From the IMG/VR virus record IMGVR_UViG_3300025466_001905, positions 1-64,000 of that record: a DNA stretch of 64,000 nt; one strand, given 5' to 3'. This document shows positions 57,064 to 64,000 of this stretch, one piece after another (the first letter of the stretch is position 1; each line of letters starts with the position of its first letter). The notes below the pieces were generated by a model. That model did no database searches. It saw only the letters and a list, made by a program, of their open reading frames with translations, and was not told the DNA's origin. This stretch comes from a virus. Made by a program: the position numbers and the translations under genes.

Positions 57064-57799
57064 ACAATTTCCAATCTTTGACATGATAGTGTACCAGTCC
57101 CCATTGTGCAACAGTGTTGATTCTCATGCCAGGTTCGGTGTTTTCCCATATCAGTTCTTTGGTCCAGTTGTCGGTGGCAATGGGGTTAATGTGACGTTTC
57201 ATGTGAACAATAGTAGGACCAAGTCCTGCAGGCAAAGTCACACGCTCTGTGCCCATTATTACTGCGGCCATGGCATAGACAACATCTGTAGTTGCCAATT
57301 CATCTGGTCGCTTCAGTAATTTTCTATAGTGCGTCCAATTTAAAAAAATATTTTGAACCAACCGAAAAAATTCTCTAGCAGTCTCACTCACACGCCAGTA
57401 GGTAATAGCATTGTAAACATCTGGCAAGTGATTGTGATCAAATAGTTTTCTATAATGTCTAGAAGTTGCGGGTTGATTGTAAAAATTTCTAGCACCTTGG
57501 CTGATCACAACATCTCGATGTTCAAACAAGGTCCACCAATGGTCCATTGGGCTGGTTGCTACCATGTCAGCTTCTAATTTGATTGTTTGTCTATATGGAC
57601 TAGCGCGAAACACTTGCCCATCGTTGGCGTAGCCGCCTAGATCACCGTATGGCAACTGATCTTTGGTGAGTATGGTGATATGAGCATCAGGGTGCCAAAT
57701 TTTTATACTGGTAGCTAACTGTTGAGCGCAGGATTCATAATCCACAGTATCGTTATTGATGGCAGGAATTAGATATCCGCGTTCATGAGTGATTGGCAA
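57056..57799 (-). CDS. GT-A glycosyltransferase-like protein
   Basis: SPYRQTIKLEADM (DxD-like), paralogue of the next gene. Confidence 0.65.
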   Translation of the reverse strand: MPITHERGYLIPAINNDTVDYESCAQQLATSIKIWHPDAHITILTKDQLPYGDLGGYANDGQVFRASPYRQTIKLEADMVATSPMDHWWTLFEHRDVVISQGARNFYNQPATSRHYRKLFDHNHLPDVYNAITYWRVSETAREFFRLVQNIFLNWTHYRKLLKRPDELATTDVVYAMAAVIMGTERVTLPAGLGPTIVHMKRHINPIATDNWTKELIWENTEPGMRINTVAQWGLVHYHVKDWKLYE

Positions 57800-58583
57800 T
57801 TATCTCTCCAAGATGATGTTTGCCCATGGCATGGAAATCTTGGGCAAGGGTAATCCAGCGTGATTTTTGATCTGCAGTGACAAAATTTACCCTATACTTG
57901 TCAGGTTCCAATTGTACCAGTTGATGATCTGGCATTACTGTGGCCAATTGCCAAGGAATAGAAGGCATGCTCAAAGTATGCCCGTCTACTATGTTCATAG
58001 CAATGCTCAATGCAAAATCATTTCTATAGGTAGATTTCAATATGCCGTAGATATTTCTATAATGTTGCCAATGGTCACGAATCATTTGCATGGCATCAAA
58101 TATGAATTTCACAGTGCTGGATCTGCGGAATATGATCACAGTGGCCCAGCTCATGGGCATGAGATGCCGACCAAAGAAATTATTGTCATCAAACGGTTGC
58201 TGACCGGTGACATCATATGCCCAGCGGTGACATAAAAAATCTTGATCAACTGATAATAGTAGTAACAATTGATCGCTGGCTACCACATAGTCTGCATCCA
58301 GCAACAAAGTTTTATCCCAGGGACTTAGGTCATAGGCATTTGATCTATTGCCGTTGTGCCAGGTCACAGTAGTATCAAGATCAGCAAATTTACGAGTATT
58401 GAATCCCACTGTTTCCGCAAATATAACTTTTTCAAATTTATACTCAGGCGGAATTGGTTGATCAGTGACCACACACACAGGCAAGTTTAAGTGTCTGCGA
58501 ATATTTTGCGCCGACCAATTGGCCATGGCCAAATAATCTATTTGTTCGTTGTTGTAGGCAAAAATCAATACACCAGTGGTCAT
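57783..58583 (-). CDS. GT-A glycosyltransferase-like protein
   Basis: SPWDKTLLLDADY, RNDFALSIA, HAMGK. Confidence 0.7.
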   Translation of the reverse strand: MTTGVLIFAYNNEQIDYLAMANWSAQNIRRHLNLPVCVVTDQPIPPEYKFEKVIFAETVGFNTRKFADLDTTVTWHNGNRSNAYDLSPWDKTLLLDADYVVASDQLLLLLSVDQDFLCHRWAYDVTGQQPFDDNNFFGRHLMPMSWATVIIFRRSSTVKFIFDAMQMIRDHWQHYRNIYGILKSTYRNDFALSIAMNIVDGHTLSMPSIPWQLATVMPDHQLVQLEPDKYRVNFVTADQKSRWITLAQDFHAMGKHHLGEIIANHS

Positions 58584-58888
58584 CGGTTTTTACTTACCTC
58601 ATCGTATTCTACTAACCAAGCATTCATTTGTTCTTGCCAGCGTTGTTGTGCAAGCTCAATCAATTCTTGTGGTATTATTTTAATAGGATTTTCGTATAAA
58701 TCCAACAACACCATTGGTGTCACTGGATCACAGATGTGTAATTGAATCAACAACGGTGGGCCTGCTTGCCATAGCCCTCCTGCATGTGCAAAAATCATTT
58801 TGGCTTGATACTTTTCTTTGAGTACTCGTTTGACCGCAGCATGATCAAATCGACTGCGGCTGTATGCAACTAATTCATCTGTATTCAT
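58580..58888 (-). CDS. hypothetical protein
   Basis: 102-aa ORF, ATGA overlap. Confidence 0.7.
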   Translation of the reverse strand: MNTDELVAYSRSRFDHAAVKRVLKEKYQAKMIFAHAGGLWQAGPPLLIQLHICDPVTPMVLLDLYENPIKIIPQELIELAQQRWQEQMNAWLVEYDEVSKNR

Positions 58889-58919
58889 ACGTTAATTATA
58901 TACAAAAGCTTGCCAAAGG

Positions 58920-58941
58920 TAAAGGGCCAAAAGGCCCTTTA
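58920..58941 (-). terminator. intrinsic terminator after the structural genes
   Basis: TAAAGGGCC-AAAA-GGCCCTTTA hairpin. Confidence 0.7.
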
Positions 58942-58963
58942 GGTGATACTGATTTGTTTAATA

Positions 58964-59956
58964 TTATCCAGCAGTTGCTGCAATAGTAGGTGTGCCCCAC
59001 TGCGAAGTAATATAAGTTGTTTCAGGCGAATAATATGTGACCAAAGTGGCCGGCGCACTGCCAAATGACCCACCTGACGGAGCGCTGCCGCCAGAAATTT
59101 GTGCAGTAGATCCTGGATTGGTATCACCTGTACTGTGCCAGTATGTGGTATAAGTTATGGTCGACCCACTGATGCTGGCATATACTTGAACATAATTACC
59201 AGAATAAGCTGAACCTGCATCATACTGCAAATACAGTTGTGTGTTTGACCCAGTATAATTAAATACTCCTGTTGACGTGGCCAAGCCAGAAGGAGTACCA
59301 GATCCGGAAAACTTTGTTGTCCCTGTATAACCTGTGCTAGCAATAGTTTTACTGGTGCCAGCTCCGGTAAAGCGCAGGTATCCTACTACCCCATTGCCGC
59401 TGCCGTTGCCTATGAACGCATTCCATTCTGTGTCGGCCACTGTACCTGTGCTGGTTTTTCCAAATGCCATTTGAATAAACCCACCGCAGTTGAAAAAAGT
59501 GTAAAGTGCGGTGCTACTTGCAAATGTAACTGTGTGAGTAAAAGTTGCGGTCCATGCACTGCCACCAGATCCATATCCACTATTTAAAGATGTAGTACCA
59601 GTCCAACCTGTGTACTGTGATCCTACTGCATAGGCGTTGTTGCGATTATTGTACAAATTGGTTAAATCTGTGTTGATGTTAGATAATACTGAAATAGTCT
59701 GACCTGTAGTGGGATTACTTCTTGAAGTAATTGATGTGCCTTGATGATTGGCGGCAGCAGTCATGGTATTGTTCAATGTTGCCCATTGTGTAGCAGTAAC
59801 TGTGTCAGTGGCAGACACTGTGTTTAAATTGCCTTGTCCATACCCTGCACCTGCTGATGCAGTACCCCAGGTAGCATTAATATTTGCGCCTGAATTGGTA
59901 TTCACAAACCCATTATAGTCTGTTGCTTGAATTAATCCGCCGGATGAATACGTCAT
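58964..59956 (-). CDS. virion structural protein (tail fibre/baseplate-associated, Gly/Ser/Thr-rich)
   Basis: MTYSSGGLIQATDYN start, GYGQ, FFNCGG, low-charge composition, structural gene context. Confidence 0.65.
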   Translation of the reverse strand: MTYSSGGLIQATDYNGFVNTNSGANINATWGTASAGAGYGQGNLNTVSATDTVTATQWATLNNTMTAAANHQGTSITSRSNPTTGQTISVLSNINTDLTNLYNNRNNAYAVGSQYTGWTGTTSLNSGYGSGGSAWTATFTHTVTFASSTALYTFFNCGGFIQMAFGKTSTGTVADTEWNAFIGNGSGNGVVGYLRFTGAGTSKTIASTGYTGTTKFSGSGTPSGLATSTGVFNYTGSNTQLYLQYDAGSAYSGNYVQVYASISGSTITYTTYWHSTGDTNPGSTAQISGGSAPSGGSFGSAPATLVTYYSPETTYITSQWGTPTIAATAG

Positions 59957-59969
59957 TTTCTTTTTCCAA

Positions 59970-61250
59970 TCATGTTATTGTAACAATGGCTTCTATTAAA
60001 CCTTCGTCTGTATTTAATTTATCTTGCAATGATCTGCCAATTACGTTGAAAGAACTGGCTTCTCCAGGGCGAGCTGCCCGTGCTTTACCATTTCCTGCAC
60101 TGACTAAACGATCGCCCTTGTGAATAATACCAACACAGTTTACAGGAACTCGTCCTGTCATAGCCACTGGCGGATGTGTTGCATCAGTGCCAGCGCGACT
60201 ATTCATTAGATACGCAGCTTTTGTACTGATAACACCAAAAACTGTTTCGCTGAGATCTTGTTTCGACATGGTTATTTCGGCTGATCCGCCAAGTTCTACC
60301 ACAGTACCTGGTTCATATTCATAATCAGCTGCAAAACGCTCGGCCATGTCAGCATAGTTGGCATCAATTTGGTTTCCGCTGATAGTGCCAGTGCTACCAT
60401 TGATTGTCATCACTGTGCTTATTGTGCCACCTTTGTTCACAGTAAAGTTTATGTTTCCATTGTTAGTTTGATTAGAAATATTAACTGCAGTTCCTACTAC
60501 ACCAACTCGGAAATCACTGTTTACTCCTACTGCAAGTCCTGTATTGTTAAGCACACTCAAAGTTCCAGATGTAGAAGTGGTTGTATCACTACGCATGAAT
60601 TGTGTGGCTGATATGTTACCAACTGTTTGAGAATTGGTAGCAGTTCCTTGAAACAAAGGAACATTTGCTCCTACAATAGTTGCCAGTGTTATACCAGGAC
60701 GTATAGTTGCGAATCCACTGATAGAATTTTGAGGAGTAAAAGTTGCATCCTGACTAATGATGCCTACTATATCGTTGCCGCAATATAGTTCAATGCAGTA
60801 ATGACTTACACTGCTGTTGTCTACAATAGTGGCAGGAATAGCTCCAGTGATGCCTTGGCCTGCATTGAACTGAGGACCAATCAATAACCACGTGCTACCT
60901 GTCCACACATTGAGTTGTTGATTTGTGGTATCAAACCACAAATCACCAGTGGAATTACTAGTAGGGGCAGTGGCACTGGCTGTTGCTGCCGAAATGGTTT
61001 TGAACACAGTACCATTGTATATTTTGAGCACATTGTTGGTTTTATCCCACCAAAGTTGACCGGTCAATGGAGCTCCTGGCGGAGTGGTATTTGATCCTGA
61101 CTCTAATAAACGTATGATATCGTCATTGATAAATTGACCATAGCCAGCATAATTTTTCCCCACCAAAGTCATTGAACTTGAAGTGTTTATTGTGCCATCT
61201 GCTACAGTAGCAAAAACAGCGCCATCGGTTAACGTAATTGTATACGACAT
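59970..61250 (-). CDS. tail fibre/baseplate protein with a C-terminal intramolecular chaperone (peptidase G2/S74-like) domain
   Basis: LVGKNYAGYG, GQLWWD/GDLWFD repeats, YADMAERF..YEPGTVV..VAMTGRVP. Confidence 0.72.
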   Translation of the reverse strand: MSYTITLTDGAVFATVADGTINTSSSMTLVGKNYAGYGQFINDDIIRLLESGSNTTPPGAPLTGQLWWDKTNNVLKIYNGTVFKTISAATASATAPTSNSTGDLWFDTTNQQLNVWTGSTWLLIGPQFNAGQGITGAIPATIVDNSSVSHYCIELYCGNDIVGIISQDATFTPQNSISGFATIRPGITLATIVGANVPLFQGTATNSQTVGNISATQFMRSDTTTSTSGTLSVLNNTGLAVGVNSDFRVGVVGTAVNISNQTNNGNINFTVNKGGTISTVMTINGSTGTISGNQIDANYADMAERFAADYEYEPGTVVELGGSAEITMSKQDLSETVFGVISTKAAYLMNSRAGTDATHPPVAMTGRVPVNCVGIIHKGDRLVSAGNGKARAARPGEASSFNVIGRSLQDKLNTDEGLIEAIVTIT

Positions 61251-61301
61251 CTTTCATCTACTCCGTCATTGTGTATTTAGTGCATAGTAATATATACATA
61301 T

Positions 61302-61910
61302 TTATGCTGCGCTGAGGTTGGTTAATGTCTGAATACGCAAAGTGTAATCAATTTGTATTTGACGATTTAAACTTTTTTGCACTGGATGAAATATCACATG
61401 CGTTATCAACAGCAGATTGGTAGAACTTCCAAACCAACATTTTAATCCAAGTTCATCAAACACATATTCACCATTGAAATTGGTGCTGTTGTCAAAAGCT
61501 TGTTGTCCAGCTGGTTCTCCGTAGTCTAACAAACATGTTACCACAATATCAGTGTAAACATTACCAGAAGTATGCAACACAGTGATGTAATTATTGGCAG
61601 GGTTGGTATCAGCAGCAGAATTGTTGTCAACAACTTTGTAATATGTCTCGTTGTACAAATTGGCATTTTGCCCAGTGGTGTTTGGTGGCAAATAGGTAAT
61701 AACTCCAGTAGGATCTACTGCGCTACCGCCGTTGCCAAAGGCCATTTGGTATATGTATCCTAAATTTTTGTCACTCAACATGTTGGCCATACAGATGCTG
61801 ATATTTTCATAGTGTATGGCATTTTTTTTGTCTAGTAAAATTTCTCCTGTTTTAGGATCATGTATTTTGACAAATCCTTCTATTTTGGCCAGGCCGGGTT
61901 GAATGATCAT
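61302..61910 (-). CDS. virion baseplate/tail structural protein
   Basis: KKNAIHYEN, MAFGNGG, LDYGEP, FDELGL, HVIFHPVQKSLNR. Confidence 0.65.
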   Translation of the reverse strand: MIIQPGLAKIEGFVKIHDPKTGEILLDKKNAIHYENISICMANMLSDKNLGYIYQMAFGNGGSAVDPTGVITYLPPNTTGQNANLYNETYYKVVDNNSAADTNPANNYITVLHTSGNVYTDIVVTCLLDYGEPAGQQAFDNSTNFNGEYVFDELGLKCWFGSSTNLLLITHVIFHPVQKSLNRQIQIDYTLRIQTLTNLSAA

Positions 61911-62056
61911 GCTCTTTTCTCCACAAATTTTTCTTTTGTGTTAGGATCAAAAATCCTTACAAATCCTTCAACCAATATACTTCCTGTTTCATTTGGCCGC
62001 TTGGATGCGGGTTTTGGTTCTACAATCGGTTGTGTTGGTAGTTTGTTATCAATCAT
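61907..62056 (-). CDS. small protein resembling the N-terminal hairpin of the downstream structural protein
   Basis: VEGFVRIFDPNTKEKFVEKR versus IEGFVKIHDPKTGEILLDKK. TAAATA lies 4 nt before the ATG. Confidence 0.6.
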   Translation of the reverse strand: MIDNKLPTQPIVEPKPASKRPNETGSILVEGFVRIFDPNTKEKFVEKRA

Positions 62057-62072
62057 GCTATATTTACCTTGC

Positions 62073-64000
62073 TTATAGACCACGTAGGAATCTTGCTGAT
62101 GGAGTATCGGTTTCTTGCAGCGGTTTTCCATTGCTGGCAGTTCCAACACCGGGTGCGTACCAAGTTACACCTCTACGAACCAAAATAGTCACTTCTGAAC
62201 CAATGTCTGGGGCAAGTGTAAATTCAACCGTGACAGGATTATCTGCAGTTATCACATAGCCGGTGGTTTGCAATTCACCACCGACATATACTTCAACAGT
62301 TTGATTTCTAATAGAATCAGGCTCTTGAGAAATATCAAGATTAGCAGCCACAAACGTGGTTGTGGTACCGTCGGCAATGATACTATCTGACACAATGTAA
62401 TTTTGATATTCTTTTGGTAACAAATTTCCAGGTCCCATGTTGTATACTGCACTGCCCACTGCATGTGATGCAGCTGCTGTACCAGCAGTGCCTCTTAACA
62501 AACTGCTGACTGTGTTGTCTGTGGTATTTCTCACACGGTACATGATTCTTTCACCATCTATGGTCAGTGCTCCCCAAATATTATCTGCTAGGTTAGGCTC
62601 AACCAGTGCGTTGGCATCAGTGACATAAATTATGTCAGCAGTGGCAGTAAGTGGTTGTGCCACCAAAGTAGTGGCATTGGGTGTGATTCTATAAGTGGCT
62701 TGTACGCCACGCATGTCTTGAAATATACGAAATGCCATGGCTTCTGGTACAACATATTGTGTGAAACTGGTAATCACTACCACATCAGTTGATCCAATGA
62801 TAGGACCAGTGATAGTTATACTTGACTTGTTGACTGTGTAACCTTGTCCATTGAATACCCATTGGCCATTCAAAGTCACCAAGATTCGTTCTGGATTGGT
62901 TATAACATTTCCGGTATCAAACGTATTGCCTTGAGAGGTAGGCCCTTGCCACAACTGTGTAAGCAATCTTTGTTCAGTGGTATCATTCCAGGTTATAATT
63001 TCAATGATATCTCCTGCTTGCAAACTGATACCTGCACTGGGTTGAAATACCAACTGCGAACCTATCACATAATACTGTGCATTTGTTCTCACCGATACCA
63101 ATATCACTGCTCCTGCATTGGCAGGATTTGACAGCGTAATCGTACGTGGGTTGACTCCGTCCCATGCATTCACAACATAATCAGTGTTTTGAATCAGTAA
63201 TCTGTTGTTTTGGTACACAGCAACATCAAGATTATTTACTAGTGCAGGACTATATCCTCCGTTTTGAGGCAAATCATATGTGGTCTGAGAACCATCACTG
63301 ACATAATCGACTCCGGCAGCTGGGCGTGCCCTGGCACCATTGATAGAAATCACAATGTTTACTGGATTGGTACCTTGTAAACTGTTGGTCAAACTGTAGG
63401 TCAAAATTGACGGATCTGCTACCACAATGGTTTGGAAAACTGGCAAACTCCAACTGTGTGTTGGGCCGCTTGGGGCATAGCCAAGACAGGTCAAGTTTAT
63501 TCTGTCACTGTCTCCGTATGTGGTGGTAAAAGTTATTTTTGTTTCACGATCGGAATAAGAAGCATAATTGTAATCAGTTCCGGCCAATAACGGTCCTTGC
63601 TCACCGTTGTAGATTACAAATCCACTGATAGCACTGAAAGGAAAAGATACTATTATGGAATTACCGATAGTTGACCCCAAGTAGGTGTTATTCAACAGCT
63701 GATTGCCACCGCCGGTGGCCACAACTGCAACTTGAATAATATCGCCATCGCTAACGCCCTGTGTTAAACTAAAAGTGTAATTGACCCAATCATAGGAATC
63801 AGGTTCTACACCGAGCCCAGTTGTGATGTTCCAGGTAAGCACAACCATGGGATAGGGCAATAACTGACCAAAGTATGCTGTTGGATTGGCAATATTATAG
63901 GTATATCTCAGAGAGTATATAGGGAATCCAAATCCTTGTCCCAACCAATCTGCCCCTGGAGTTGTGTATACTCTAAAATCTAAAGTATCAAATTCTGCGC
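62073..64000 (-). CDS. large virion structural protein (baseplate wedge-like), 5'-truncated by the window edge
   Basis: Frame is open to position 64000 (AEFDTLDFRVYTTPG...). Repeated beta modules DG..TT(Y/F), V..NG, DY.V, and LLRGTAGT. Confidence 0.7.
   Translation of the reverse strand, partial: AEFDTLDFRVYTTPGADWLGQGFGFPIYSLRYTYNIANPTAYFGQLLPYPMVVLTWNITTGLGVEPDSYDWVNYTFSLTQGVSDGDIIQVAVVATGGGNQLLNNTYLGSTIGNSIIVSFPFSAISGFVIYNGEQGPLLAGTDYNYASYSDRETKITFTTTYGDSDRINLTCLGYAPSGPTHSWSLPVFQTIVVADPSILTYSLTNSLQGTNPVNIVISINGARARPAAGVDYVSDGSQTTYDLPQNGGYSPALVNNLDVAVYQNNRLLIQNTDYVVNAWDGVNPRTITLSNPANAGAVILVSVRTNAQYYVIGSQLVFQPSAGISLQAGDIIEIITWNDTTEQRLLTQLWQGPTSQGNTFDTGNVITNPERILVTLNGQWVFNGQGYTVNKSSITITGPIIGSTDVVVITSFTQYVVPEAMAFRIFQDMRGVQATYRITPNATTLVAQPLTATADIIYVTDANALVEPNLADNIWGALTIDGERIMYRVRNTTDNTVSSLLRGTAGTAAASHAVGSAVYNMGPGNLLPKEYQNYIVSDSIIADGTTTTFVAANLDISQEPDSIRNQTVEVYVGGELQTTGYVITADNPVTVEFTLAPDIGSEVTILVRRGVTWYAPGVGTASNGKPLQETDTPSARFLRGL

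Noticed and set aside
26494-58888. Bacterial chromosomal O-antigen locus
   Set aside because: It is contiguous with virion genes and phage-type promoters, and no flippase, polymerase or housekeeping genes are present.
1-64000. Stop-codon reassignment
   Set aside because: Genes are full length in code 11, TAG/TGA/TAA all terminate genes, and no suppressor tRNA was seen.
1-64000. Introns, inteins, reverse transcriptase/DGR, integrase or transposase
   Set aside because: No such motifs were seen, and thyX, gmd and the AAA+ gene are uninterrupted and of normal length.

Overview
A 64-kb segment of a large, AT-rich, gene-dense tailed dsDNA phage genome (myovirus/jumbo-like) using the standard genetic code. 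A TctC/Bug-type protein weakly suggests a betaproteobacterial host. 1-25 kb (mostly + strand) is an early/accessory region. It has 10 CCA-ending tRNAs, strong sigma70-type promoters, a phage-encoded RNA polymerase omega (RpoZ) homologue, a YkuK-like RNase H-fold protein and an FG-GAP lipoprotein. It also has a halogenase/2OG-oxygenase/TctC/PP-loop cassette, a MoxR AAA+ and VWA pair, an HNH endonuclease and two arrays of small paralogues. 25-58.9 kb holds thyX followed by a roughly 32-kb amino/deoxy-sugar synthesis and tailoring island. The island contains epimerases, a PIG-L deacetylase, DegT enzymes, Gmd plus a ColD-like dehydratase, an amidinotransferase, a carbamoyltransferase, six SPASM/twitch radical SAM enzymes, five GT10-like paralogues, other glycosyltransferase-like proteins, an acyl-CoA ligase and an acetyltransferase. 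It lies directly downstream of, and mostly co-oriented with, virion tail/baseplate genes (59-64 kb, - strand). The best candidates for new biology are the sugar-tailoring island, the phage omega subunit with an altered ppGpp-binding N-terminus, two unexplained structured RNA elements, and cassette-like arrays of small paralogues. All calls come from motifs read by eye. No searches were run.
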